Of a stretch of 64,000 nt of DNA, positions 24,502 to 37,995 are shown piece after piece. Made by a program: the position numbers and the translations under genes. Position 1 is the first letter of the stretch; each line of letters begins with the position of its first letter. The notes under the pieces are model-generated. The model was given only the letters and a program-made list of their open reading frames with translations. It ran no database searches and was not told the origin of the DNA. Where the stretch lies: NCBI GenBank assembly GCA_001179505.1, contig CDMY01000149.1:1-64000 (forward strand), written 5' to 3'. The stretch is from Vitrella brassicaformis CCMP3155. Lineage: Eukaryota > Protista > Chromerida.

Positions 24502-26276
24502 ATGCGTGCCCTCGTGCTCGGTTTGTTCGCTGCCTCACTCCTGGCGAGTGCCGTGGCCTTCATCTCTGAAGAGGACATCAATGAGCTGGTGAGACGGCGG
24601 CACACGCACCACCTGCAGATGCCCATCGAGGTGGTCATGCTGTGCGTGTGTGTGTGTGTCAGACGTCTGTGTACGGCCACGAGGATGTGCACCGCGGCTT
24701 GAGCATGGAGGATGAGCCCATCCCTTTCGGCGCTGCATCGCCCGAGTGCAAGGTGAGCACTCAATCACCCGGACACACACAAACGTGGGAAGGCCTGCCT
24801 GCTTTGGGAGGGAGGGAGACGCGCTTTTGTGTGTGATTGTGGTTTGTTGGTTGTGTGATGTCATTCATCGTTCAGGAGTGCGTCAAGAACGGCACCAAGT
24901 GGGTTATCGAGCACGCCGCGCGCAGGTTCGTCGAGAAGTGCAAGACCACCGAAAACCCCAAGTTCAAGAAGATCTGCGAGAAGGCCAAACAGCACAAAGG
25001 TACCCACACACACAATATATGTCCACACAGACGTGTCTCGCCCGCCCCGCTCATCGGCTGTCCCTCTGTGTGATGTGTGCAGCTGTGGCGTTGGGTGCGC
25101 TGATCTACAAGGTCAGGCCCATCAGTCTGGCCTTCGCTTACTGTGCCGGCAAGGGCCCGTGCGCCAGCCCCGAGGAGGAGACCGACGCCACCATGGAGAG
25201 CAGCGTCATGGCTCTCGACATGGACCAGCTCATCACCGTATGGCACACACACACACACACACAGAGTCACATCGACACACCGACTCAGTTAGCTAGATGG
25301 TGTGGTGTGTGGGTGTGCAGACTTTGGAGAAGGAGTTCAACATCGATGAGAACGAGGACGAGCCCGAGGAGGTCGAGGACAAGGAGGGATGCCACTGCGA
25401 CTGCGATTGCTCCAACGGATGCAGTTGCCCCGGCTGCCACTGCAAGGCCGAACCAGTGCCTTACCACGGTGAGAGAGAAGGGGAAAAAGGGAAAGAATCG
25501 AATCATCCACTCACACACCCCACCCCACCATACACACGTACACACGATTAGGGTTGCCTCTCCTCTCTGTGTGCGTGTCAGTGTTCACTCACCTTGGCGA
25601 GGCTGCTGAGGCGGCTGACGATGAGGGCGACGACGCCCACTGCCCCATGATGACGCACGACGAGCTGCACCAGGAGTACCGCGACAGCATGGCCCAGGAG
25701 GATAAGGACGACTGCACCGACGAGGAGGACACGGGCGTATCCCTCCGCCGCGGACGCCACCGTGGCCGCGGACCCAGGTACGTCTGGCTGTCACGGGGCA
25801 GTGTCCGTCCATTGAATGCCATTCGCTGACTGTCTCTGTCTGTGTGTGTGTCAGCTGCGTGTGCAAGTACTGCGTCAAGAAGACCGCGATGCGCGTCATG
25901 AAGAAGGTGGTGCGTCGCGTGGTGCGGTTCTGCGAGGGGACGGACAAGCCGATGGCCAAGAAGGCTTGCCAGGCCGCCAAGGACCACCCCAAGGTCGCAT
26001 TCGGCTATTTGCTCGCGAAGGTGAGTCAGTCAGTCAGTCAATCCACACACACCTGCCTACCTGCCTTCATAGAGAGAGACAGAGACAACTGGTGGCGGTG
26101 TGTGTGTGTGTGGTGTCTGTGACGTGATGTGATTTTAGGTGGAGCCTTGGAAGTTCGCCGTGGGTTTCTGCAAGGGGCTGGGTGTGTGTGGCAACCCTTT
26201 CGGCCGCCCCCCCCACCACCACCACCCCTACGGCACAGACAGCAGCGAGAACAACGAGGAGCTGGCCGTGGCCTAA
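24502..26276 (+). CDS. Secreted protein with two saposin-like six-Cys domains and a Cys-rich/acidic linker
   Basis: Signal peptide MRALVLGLFAASLLASAVA. Domain 1: CK|ECV...EKCKT...KICEK...AYCAGKGPC. Domain 2: CKYCV...RFCEG...KACQA...GFCKGLGVC. Linker GCHCDCDCSNGCSCPGCHC. Confidence 0.7.
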
Positions 26277-27359
26277 GCAACGAGCCTCTCTTTTTCTTAC
26301 CTGCGCTGCCCACACACATGCACACATTCACAAGCACGCCATTACTAGTCAGGTTGTAGTAAGCACGGGGGAGTGAGTGAGTGAGGGAGAGGGGAGAGAG
26401 AGGGGCTGCGTGGTATTTCTTGTAGTGGGCTCTGCGTGGCTGGGTGGCTGGCCGGGTCAGGGGGCGCTTCGTACGTGCGTATGTGATGGTTTTTGGTGGG
26501 CTGGCCGGCGGGGGGGAGGGGCATGGGGGAGGGGAGGGGGGTCGTCTATCGTCATGATGGCTGCCCTCCGTGTCGGGCTGCTCGCTGATATGTACCGATT
26601 GTTTGGTGCCTGCCTGCCTGCCTTTTCCCGTCTGCGTATCTATCTTGGTAGTTTTTTCCGGTCAGACGAATGAAGCGCATGAGGAGCGAGCACCCGAGAG
26701 ACAAGGAGCTTTACACGAGGGAGGCGGGCATTTAGCAAGCCTGATTCTTGTAGTGTCCAATCGTGCGTACGTATGTTGAGAGTGCGACAGGTGCGGAGAT
26801 CGATGGGTTGTTTGTGAACCGCAGCAAAGCTAGACGGACGGACGGACGGACTTGTTTGTGGATCGATCGATGGATGGGTGTATGTGGTGGGGTATGTGGT
26901 GGGCTTCGGGGAGCACACGAGAAAGGGGGCGGGGAGCACAAACACAGAGAGGTAGGGGTGTGTGGATGGATGGATTGAAGTCCTGCCTCGATTGTCTGAG
27001 ACGGTCTGACTGTTGGCCTTAAGAAAGGCAAGAAGGTCGTGGAAGAAGAGCCTTTTCACTCTTCTTTGCATGATGTTGTTGCCTTTTTCGAGGCCAACGA
27101 CCTGGCCGATGCGGGACTGCCATATTCCTACACCTATGCGTGTAAAGGGGGGCTCTTTGTTGTTTTTTATGCACACGCACCTTCACACGAACCAGACAGA
27201 CTCTTGTCACTCACATGAAAGCGCATCGAGAAAGGACAATGATCGGTCGCGAAATGGGTGGTTGATGCAATGTGGTGGTCCCTCACGCACGCCCCATCGG
27301 TTCATCCATCCACCCCCGCCTGCTTTGACTGTGTGGCGCCACCTCGGCTAAATCGTCTC

Positions 27360-28138
27360 ACCTGACCAGTGGGCTGACTTCGATGGTGGACATGGGAGGC
27401 CCTCTGAAGCCAGGAACGCTGTAGGGGTTGGTCTTCCGCTCCCATTGCTTCATGAACACAATAGACAGACACGCCCATATAACGACCATCCACCCTGCCT
27501 TCGCTCTTCCGTCTCTGTCTCCCCGGCTGACCTTCTCCAGTTCCCGCTGTTGGTCGCCTCGTCTCTTCGTCCACCACCGCAAGCCAAGCATACCCACTGA
27601 CACCATCCATCAACCACACCACACACGCGACATCCCATCGATCAGCTGCCTCATCTCATGTGTCTGTCCCCTTGTGCAGGGCGCCGCCGTGGCTCACCTA
27701 GCACGAGCAGTGTGACAGAGCCCCCAACGAGGAATAACCAGTCGAAGACGGTCAAAGCGCCGCCAGTGAGGATGCCGGAGGCGAACGCCTGGCCCTGGCA
27801 CTGGTTGCTGTCCGACCGCCGCACTAGCTGGTACCCCTCGGCACACTCCTCACAGGCATTGTTCGGGCATACCGCGCAATTGTCTTCGGAGCACGCTGAA
27901 TGGAGAGACAGACAGAGGTACAGAGGCAGACCGTCTGTGGCAGTTGTTTACTTGTGCATCGTTTTGTATTTGCGTTAGCGTAGTATCCCTCGTTGCAGAC
28001 CGAGGCGCATTGGATTTTGATGGGGTCGAAATACATGGCGGTGGCGGGACACGCTGCACATGGGTGGACAGATGGACAGATGGACAGAGAGATGACGTAT
28101 TATATAGGATCGTAGGAATGAGTGCCGCGTCTCTCTCT

Positions 28139-28169
<31 letters not shown>

Positions 28170-29384
28170 TGGCCGGGTGGCCTTGATCTTGTACGAGACC
28201 TGATGACCATATCATGATCAGGCAAACATTCACACACACAGGCAGAAGGGTGGGATGTCTCTTTGCTCTGCATCGTCTTTGCTTATTTCCCCTCCCTCCC
28301 TCAGTGGCTCACCCCATGGTTGCCGTCCGCTGATTTGACGATGACTTCAAATTCCCTCGTGCCGCCCACGTCTATCAGCTCATCCAACGCACTCGCTGAC
28401 CGACGGCATACGTACAAACAGAAAGCAAATGACAAAGACCCAATTGCGCAAACGGACACGTTCGTTTGCTTACGGAGGTGCTGTGACTCCCCAATTGGCA
28501 CATCCAGAAGAGCTCTCGAATCCTCTGCAGACAAGAGAGAAGGGATGATGTTTGTCTGACACCGTGGGATCTACCTTACCCACCGCGTCTCAGCTCCCTC
28601 CTGCGGCCGATCGACTCCTGACCTGCAGAAAGGCATGAAGGCATTTGAGAGTTCCCAGCAAGCCAGCGGCAGCTTAAGGTCCGGCATTCGCCTCCCTGAC
28701 CTCCTCTCAGAGCGACCCGCTGGCCGTTGTCAAGGGGGACATACACGACGCTCACTGTGTCGCTCGTCAGCGGCACCGAAACAGAGTAGGAAGGCACGTC
28801 AGCCTCGTACGGTGGGTCCAGAGAGGCGCCATCCACACTCAAGGCAGCCAGAGCGGTCTCCTTGCCATCTGCAGACAGACAGCAAAGACAGACAGACAAC
28901 ACGCAAACCCAATGCCCTGCGAGCCCTTCGCTGTGTACGTACCTCTTCTCGTGACTGTGATGGTTGCGGTGGCCGATGTGCCGGTCTTGATCACAGTGGG
29001 CCCCGCAGTAGCGCCGGCATCGAGCTGCTGAGGCCCGCCCGGCAGGCCACTGATCTTGCAACCTGCGGGCGCATCGCTGACGGAAGGAAGCCAATCAAGA
29101 GCAACACCAACACAACAAAGTTCGAATTGAACCGTGTCGGTCCCGTGTATCCTGTCCATCCATCCATCCATCCATTCATTGAATAGCTCTTACGCTTCGA
29201 TGGTGTAGTGTGTCATTGCATAGTCCATCATTGCGGTGGCCTCCAGCGCCGAAGGGTCTTGGCGCGTGATCTTGACGTCAATGGGCATGTCGCCGCTCCT
29301 CACGCGCAGCCCACTGATGGTACACTCCGCTGCTACAGCCTCGTGCGCCATCAAGAAGGCCGCAGAGAGGAAAAGTAGCGCCAT
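27360..29384 (-). CDS. Type I membrane/surface protein: signal peptide, cadherin-like beta-sandwich, Cys-rich repeats, TM segment
   Basis: MALLFLSAAFLMAHEAVAAEC leader; ALAALSVDGASLDPPYEADVPSYSVSVPLTSDTVSV (cadherin-like beta-sandwich pattern); CASVCNEGYY and CAVCPNNACEECAEGY Cys repeats; a hydrophobic segment followed by RWWTKRR. The 3' end continues below 27360 and was not resolved. Confidence 0.55.
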
Positions 29385-29725
29385 CCGCTGGTTTGTCAAT
29401 GCGCTACAGAGCGTCATGATGCCCGAGCGCCTCGGAGCGTGGTCGGCTCCTTTCCTTGGCGAGTTTTGGCAAAATCGCCGAGGAAGCTCGCAATTCAGCT
29501 AAGCTTGCAGATCTGCGGAGGAAGATCACGAGGAAGATGATGAACAAGATCACGAGCAAGATGGAAGCCATCTGGTGGATCCTCATGCTTCTGGGAAGTT
29601 TGTCGTGTTTCCGATGGATGCCGTCGGATAGTGACGCCTGCCTTCTTCTGTGGTTGTTCTGACCTGACCGATGCCCGGCACTCATCAGCCGCGTCAGTCA
29701 GGTGCGTGTGAGGCGAGCCGCACCC

Positions 29726-32700
29726 ATGGAGAGGAGAGGCTGTGGTCTCCACATGGATGAGTTGATATACGTCGATGTGGTCAGGTTCATCGTCGCGGGC
29801 GAAGGCTCCTCCTCCCGTTGTGGCGCCGTCGGCCTCCCATCATGTGCCGCAGCAGGTGCTGGACAGCTTAACATACCCGGTGAAGGAGCAGCATGAGGCG
29901 GATCCAACAACACAGGCCGACCCCGCACAACAGTGAGGAGGGAGGAAGGGCTACACACGCAGATGGATGGGTGGATGGATGTGGCTGTGTTGCCTGTGTG
30001 TGTGTCCGTTCTGTGCATGATGTCAGGTTGTCGACAGTGGAGGTGTTCAGTCGTCACTGGTGGCACGAGATATGTTACTGGCTGCTGACGATATGCACCT
30101 GTGGGGGGTTCGCCATCGTCATGCGGTGGTTCCCCCTCACAGCCTTCTTCTTCCGCTTCAAACCCGCACCGCTGCGCCACGCACGCAAATTCGTTGTCAC
30201 CACCAAGAACGACGAGCAGCAGTAACGACGCACACGAGAGAGAGAGAGAGAGAGAGAGGGAGGGAGAGGGATGAATGGACGCGCCTCTCTTTATCCGCTG
30301 GTGAGTGATGGCTTGCCTGCCTGCTTGCTTATTGTGTGCGTGTCAGTATTGTGGACGCTGTGCGGCTGCAGCTGAGCGATGACGTGTCTGCCGGATGGCC
30401 ACTAGGTCAGCCACACATCCACACCACACACACGCAGAGAGAGCCCACCAGATCAAGCCGCTGCTCTCTGCTTTCCCATTCGTTGTGCAGATGCCCGGTC
30501 GTTCCGCAAGGCCAGCACCGTCAGCCCTCCCTCTGAGGCGTCTGAAGATGTGCCCGGTGCCGACCTGACAAGAGTGGACAAGGGCAAGGAGAAAGACAAG
30601 GAGAAAGGCAAGGAGAAGGAGACCCGCGGGCTGCTGGGCGCCTTGGCATCGTTCCACAGCTCCCACACCGACACGGCTGTGCTGACGACTGCAGCAGACC
30701 GGTCTGCGCGGCCGGAGCTGGTGACGTACATGTTCCGCTTCAGGTGCATCAGATATGCCCTCAACCTCAGGTGAGGGAGGCATGGAGAGAGAGACGGGGG
30801 AGAGAGAGAGGGGGTCAGAGAGGGGGGGATCGTGTGGTGTGTGTCTGGTTTTAGCACTGGTCGGTTCGAGGAGGTGTACTTCGAGACGTGTTGGCCTCCC
30901 ACATTCATCCACAACAGATTCGGGGACGGTATCGAAAGCGACGAGATCGTCAAGGTACGCAGGGAAAGACCGACACGCACACACACTGAGAGATTGCATA
31001 TGTTGATCTCAGCAACGGCGTGCTCTGTTTGGTGAGTGTGTGGTGGACGTGCCGATTCCCTCTGTGTTTGAGCTGCTGGTGGACGAGATCCTGACGCCCT
31101 TTTACCTTTTCCAAATATTCTCTGTCATCATCTGGGTCACCGACGAATACGTACAGGTGAGAATGAGTACAGCCTTCCCCATGACAACAAAGGCCACACA
31201 CCATTGGCTTGTCTTTTGTGTTTTGTGTTTGTGTGGCGGACGTATCTCAGTATGCGATAGCGATTGCCATCCTGACGATTGTGTCGACCGTGTTAGAGCT
31301 CACCGAGACCAGGCGCAACTACGCCAACCTCCGCAAGATTGGCCACCACAACTTCACCGTCAACGCATTCAGAGGACCGATACGCGACAACCACACACAC
31401 CAAAAGCGGCCCCTCCTGGTGCGCAGCCCTCTGCACACGGAAGGAGAGGCAGGCAACGCCCCTCTTGTGTGCTGTGATGTGCTGTGCTGGCTGCAGGATC
31501 GTCAGGTGGAGATAACGACCCAGCAGCTGGTGCCTGGGGATCTGTTCGAGGTTGTTGGTGGCATGACACTGCCGTGCGACGCCATTCTGCTGACCGGATC
31601 GGTAGAGGCACCGACACACGACATGTGGCCCTTGTGGATGACGTCTGTCTGCATGTGTCTGTATGTGTGTGTGTCAGTGTCTGATAAACGAGTCGATGCT
31701 AACGGGCGAGTCGGTGCCGGTGATGAAGCACTATCTGCCCTTCGCAGAGGGAGCCAACCGGGAAGACAGATTCAAAATCGAACAGGTGACATCAACCATT
31801 CACACACGCAACTCTCGCTGATAGTGTCTTCCGTCCGTCGTCCTCTCTCCTCGTCAGGATCGCAAGTGCACCTTGTACGCCGGCACCAAGGTCATCCAGA
31901 CGCGCTTCTTCGGCCGCGACAAGGTGGTGGCTGTGGTGGCCCGCACCGGCTTCAGCACCACCCAGGGCCGCATTATGAGGAGCCTCCTCTACCCAAGACC
32001 CACCCGCTTCAACTTCACGGAAGAGTCGTTCAAGTTTGTAGCCGTGCTGGGGTGTGCGGCTCTGGTCGGATCGGGCATCACACTGTACCTGTCGTTGAAG
32101 CAGCAGCTGGCCGTCAAGGAGGTGGTCATCCGGTGCCTCGACCTGTTCACTGACGCCGTCCCGCCCGCACTCCCCGCCGCCATGACCATTGGCACCGAAT
32201 TCGCTCTGTCTAGGTGAGCACACCAAGCATATGTCACTGCCTGCACCAACCATCTGTGTGTGGTGGTGTGTTGTTGGTTTATGGATCGATAAGGTTGAAG
32301 CGGACCCGCGTGACGTGCATCAGCCCGACTCGTGTGAATGTCAGCGGGCAGATCTGCGTGTTGGCCTTCGACAAGACGGGCACGCTCACCGAGGAGGGGC
32401 TGGACTTCGTCGGCTGCATCCCCTCCGTCCTCTCAACCACTCACACGCCCACAGCTGCCCAGACACACCAGCCACAGCAGCACCACCTCGCCGTCCCGTC
32501 AGCATCAGCCCACTCGTCAAGCGCCGGCAAAGACAGCGACGAGTCGCCCGCATCGTCCGACGCCAATGCCACAGCTCTTGCGCTCAAGGGAATCAACCGC
32601 ACACACCAATCCCGCGGGACGCCCACAGCCCCCCGTGCGTCATCAGCGAGAGCCCCAGCCCCCCCACCGGCCACCCTCACAGAGCTCTCGCACGACATGG

Positions 32701-35700
32701 CGTGTTTGCCGCCGCCTCTGCTGCATGCCCTTGCGACGTGCCACTCCCTGACCATGATCGAGGGGGTCGTGACGGGCGACCCCATCGACCTGCTCATGTT
32801 CAACGCCACGGGATGGGAGCTGGAGGAACCTGAGGCGGACAACACGGGTGTGTATGACGCCATACCGGCCATAGTGCGGCCGAAGGGCGGGCCGTCGCTC
32901 AAGGAGGTCGGAAAGCACAGTGCAGGGCAGGGCAGGGCAGACACGTAGAGGTCGACTTTGATGGATGTTGGTTTGTGTTTGTGGTCGCTGTGGTGTGGTG
33001 GTTGCAGGCGTTGGCGGCGAGCGGTGCATCTGATGATGAGTTGCTGGGTGGGCTGCTGGGGGACGACGCCGCGGGGCAGATGCCCATCGAGCTGGGGATA
33101 CTCAGGAGGTGAGGGACGGAAAGACAGACAGACAGACAGACAGAGAGAAGGGCCTCAGTCACACACGCTTCACACACTGTCTTGTTTGTTGTCCTCCGTC
33201 AGGTTTGACTTCTCGTCGGCATTGCAGCGGATGTCGGTCATCGTCAAACACCCACTCGCCAGTGAAATGATGGTACGCCGACTCACAAGCGGGCTGTGTG
33301 CCTTCACCAATACATGCATCCTTCTATCCATCTGTCCCCCCCCTCATCCATCCATCAGATCTTCTGCAAGGGCTCGCCCGAGAAGATCTCTGAGTTGTGT
33401 GCGCCCTGGACGGTGCCACTCAACTTCGAGGACGTCGTCCACACATACACCAAAAGGGGAATGAGGTGCACAGACAGACAGAGGATGGGCTGAAGGTTGG
33501 TTGACATTGTCTGTTTCCTCCCTCCCTCGTCTGTGTGGGTGCAGGGTGCTGGCGATAGGCGGCAGGACAGTCCGGGGCCTCTCCTACATGCAGAGCCAAG
33601 TGCTCGCCAGACACCAGGTGCGGCGCGCTGCGCACCCTACACACAACACAATTCACACACACCACACCCGACACATCACTCACCCTGTCCGTGTGTGTCT
33701 CCCACCCAGGTGGAGACGGGGTTGTGTTTCCTGGGTCTGTTGGTGTTTGCCAACAAGCTCAAGGAGGACACTTTGGCCGTCATGCAGGAGCTGCGCAAGG
33801 CCAACTGCCACTGTCTCATGGCTACCGGAGACAACCCACTCACAGCCGTCGCTGTCGCCAGAGAGTGCGGCCTCATCGACAGGTGCACCCACACACCACA
33901 CCACATGACCATGCCACCCAAAGACCATTCCTTCCTTCGTCCTCTGATTACAGGCGCACCACTCACGTCATAATGGGCGATGTCTTCATCCCAAAGGAGG
34001 AGTCGCGCGGCACTGTCGGCCAGAAGCAGACCCTCCTGTGGACCAAGGTGGAGCACATCCACCACACCGACCCGCACCCATCCCGGCGCCCATCAGCAGC
34101 ACCACCATCTCGCAACCCCCTTCCCACACACGCGGAGGAGGAGGCTGAAGGCGACAGTCCCGCCAACGGGACGGTGCCGGTCAGCACCCACTCGTCGGTC
34201 ATCGACAAGACGGCAGCAGGCACCAACTGTGACACCCAAGACGGCACTCCCGTCACCCCCAAGAGGCCTGCGATGAGGGCCAAGCCGACGGACTCGGCCG
34301 GCCACCGGTCGCCGAGGCACAAGGACGGGCACTCTGCTGCTGGAAGGCACACGGTGTCGCTCAACATTGTGGACCTTCTCAAGGGAGAGGACCCAAGGTC
34401 AGCCAACCACGGAGGAAAGTCTCTGCCCATCTCTCTCTCACTCTCCCTCCCTCACTGTGTCGGTGTGATTGCGTGGTTGACAGAGAGTTCACAGTGGTGA
34501 TAACGGGCCGCGCCTTTCGTCACCTCAAGTACCACCACGAGACGGAGGTCGGCACATGGTGGCCGCGCCCGCCACCCGACCCCCCAGACGCACCACCCAC
34601 AACGGCACACGCCCACGGCATCACACCAATGGCGGAACAGCAGGCCATTCTCCGGGCGCGCACTCTCTCGGCATCCGCTGTCTCGCCCTCGCCCGCCACG
34701 CACCCCCACAGAGGCCCAGGCCCATCCCTCCAGGCGGCCGCGGCCAACTCGGCCCCATCCTTTGCATCCGACAGCCACCACATTGCTCAGCACCATGCCT
34801 TTCGCACGCCCCCCACAGCCTCCCCCCTGCACCTCTCTCATCCGCAGCCCACGGTGCTCCCCCTGCCACCGCCCCTGGACCCTGACGTCAGCACAGCCAC
34901 TTTCCCATCCAAGGTGCGGCCGGCGAAGCGCAAGCGCGTCAAGAGGAAGAGCGGTCTCTTTGGCGGACGGCGGCGGTCGCAGACGATTGCCTTGGGCCAT
35001 CCTCCTGAAAGGCAGGCCACCGAGATGAGTACACAGTCGCCCATCGGCGTGAGGAGGAAAGGCGAGCCCGCTGCCGCTGCGGTGACACACAAGTCGTCTG
35101 GCCCCGGGCCGGTCCACGGCCTGTCCAACGTGCAGCCGCCCGAGTACGGACCTTTCCTCTACTTCCGAGTTCGGAGGCCGCCAAAGGCACGATCACGTGG
35201 GAGGCGGACGAGCCATGTTGCAGGAGGAACGTCTGGTGGTGGGCAGCAAGGCGACTCGCGAGACAGGGAGGCCAGGGGGGCGTGCGAGAGTGCCGCCGAT
35301 GGCGCCCTTGCCGTCAGGTTTATCGATGGCTACGTGGACGGGGTGCACCAGGTCGCCAAGTCGGCCGAACAGGACCTTCAAAGACCACTTCTGAAGGTAC
35401 GTGGACAGGTTTGATGTTCGTTCGTGTGGATGGGTATGGCTTCTTGTCTTCTCGCTGTGTTGTTTGATCGCAGAGTGACGCGCTCAGCGACGCTCTGCAG
35501 ACCCATTGTGCCCTGCCAGCGACGCCCACGATCGCCACCCACCACAACGGCCACCCCGACGAGGAGGCCCCAGCCGTCCTCTCGCCCATTGCCGTGCATA
35601 CCGACCCACCGGCACCAGCCGCACACCAGCACTCGCCAGCCGAGGACACCTTCCTGAGGATGGACACGCAGACTGACAGACTGGGGGAGCATTCGGGCGG

Positions 35701-37521
35701 GGTCAGTGCTGATGGTGAGGAGTGGTATGAGATCCCGCTGTTCGAGTATGTGCTGCGCAACTCGACCGTCTTCGCCAGGTGGACGGGGGGTGGGTGGCAA
35801 GGTAGATTAGAGAGGGAGGGGGGGACAACGGCATGGATTGATGCCGTGTGTGGATGCGATGTGCCTGTGTGTGTGTGCAGGATGTCGCCCGACGACAAGG
35901 AGCAGTTGGTGTATTCGCTGCAGAGTCTGCCCCACCACCCCCTCGTCGCCATGTGCGGCGACGGAGCCAACGACTGCGCCGCTCTTAAGGGAGCCGACAT
36001 CGGGGTGAGCGGGTCAGTCACGACAACACGGAATGGACGGATGGATGGATGGACACCGGTCGGTCATGCCCATCCTGTGTTGTGTTGTGTTGTGTTGGTG
36101 TTGTGCTGTGTGTGTGGTTCATTCAGGTTGCGCTGAGCGACGAGGAGGCGTCGATTGCCGCGCCATTCACATCTGCCGGCAAGACCATCAGATCGGTCGT
36201 CGACGTGCTCAAGGAAGGTGAGCGGGTCAGGGAGAGAGGGAGGGAGGGAGGGTGCAGACAAGTGTTTGTATCGTGACACAGCCAGCACATTCCATTCCAC
36301 GTGTGTATTGATACGTGTGTGTGCAGGTCGTGCGGCGTTGGTGAACTCTTACCAGAACTTCAAGTTCATCGTGCTTTACTCGTTCATCCAGTTCAGCTCG
36401 GTCATCATCGTCTACTACTACCAAGACGACCTCACAGACTCACAGGTAGACAGAGACAGACACAAGCGACTGCACTGCATTCCATCCATCCACGTGTGGT
36501 ATGCTGATGTGCATTAGTTTCTGTATGTGGACTTGATAACGATTCTGCCGCTGATCTGTCTGATGTCCCGCACCGGCACGAGCGGCGACCTGCCGCACAG
36601 CCTGCCCCCCGGCAGCCTCGTCTCGCCACCCATCATGACTTCCGTCATCGGACAGGTACTTAGGAAGCGGCCAGGGGAGGGGAGGGTGGCAGATAGATAC
36701 ACACACGGCCTGGCCAGGCCTGGCCTGCCGACACGTGCGTTCGTTCATTGTGTATGGTGTGTGTGTGATGCACATGTTTCACATGCTGCACTGCACAGGG
36801 TGTGATCCAGCTGTGTTTCATGCTGGTCGCCACGGCCATGCTTGTCAACCAGCCCTGGTTCCCCACGCAATTCAGAGGTACGTCGATGCTCTGCTGGCTT
36901 ATGTGTGCGTGTTGTGTTGCCTTGCCATGACGTGTGCTGTATGTCTGTGTGTGCTTTATGTGTGTGTCAGCTGAGGAGGGGAATGGCAAGCACGGTGCGG
37001 TTGACACGGTGATATTCTCGATCACCAACCTCCAGTTCATCTACGTCGTCATCGCTCTCTCACACGGACACCCATGGAGGAAAGGTAAGGTGCACAGACA
37101 GACAGCAGAATACGCCAACACGCTCGTCACCATGCCACACAGACAGACCATTTCCTTCCGTCTGGTTGCCTGTCTGTCTGTCTGTTGGTCTGGCCCCCCA
37201 GGCTTTGTGACGAATCTGCCTTACACGGTGGCCATCGTGGTGCTGCTGTGTCTGGGGGTCAGCTACATCCTCCTGCCAGGCCCCGCCCTCAGCGCCTTCA
37301 GCATTTCTCGATGGCTCAAGCTGCGCCCCCTGCCCTACGGCTTCCGGTGTCAGCTGGCCGTCCTGTCCTTGGCCAACTTCTGCGTGACGGCCCTATACGA
37401 GCGGCTGTTGATTTCGGTCATCAGCCGGCACACCGACATGCGGCGGCGGGCTGTGGAGAAGATGAGCAACCCGCTGCCATCGGACCCTTCATCGAAAGTG
37501 ACCGTGGCCAGCCCTTCATAG
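29726..37521 (+). CDS. P5B-type P-type ATPase (ATP13A2/Ypk9-like), many exons
   Basis: [21 protein letters not shown] (P5B signature versus P5A PPELP), FDKTGTLT phosphorylation site (~32370), [33 protein letters not shown]|MSPDDK and [13 protein letters not shown]. The start is approximate; the first clear exon begins at ~30027. Confidence 0.92.
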
Positions 37522-37995
37522 TCAAAGTGAAGTGTGTGACGGGGTGGGCCTGTCTGTTTGTCTCTCTGCCTGCCTGCCTGCCTGCTCGTGTCTGTTTGCC
37601 TGAGTCTTGTGTTTGTTGTGTGTGGGCGGGGACACCACATTAGCTGTGATGCATACATACACCGAAGGGGGCAGCAGCTGCTGTGTGAGCACACGGTGTG
37701 TGCGTGACGTGAGTGTGACTTCCGTCCGTCAGGGGACGGAGCTCAGCTGTCTATGATGTGACTGCTGACTTGGCTTGGGGAGACAATCGAATCAGCTTTC
37801 ATCGACCACACACACATGAATGAGTCCACTCACTCACTCACTGTACAAGACCGAAAAACCGGCCCAGGACGCATCGCATCAGATACCCCCATAAAGATCC
37901 ATCCGTCCATCCATCCCATCACTCGCTGCTCGCCCCTGTGTGTCCTTGCAGAGCGACGCAAGCAAGATGTCCATCCATCCACGACGGCAGGCAGG

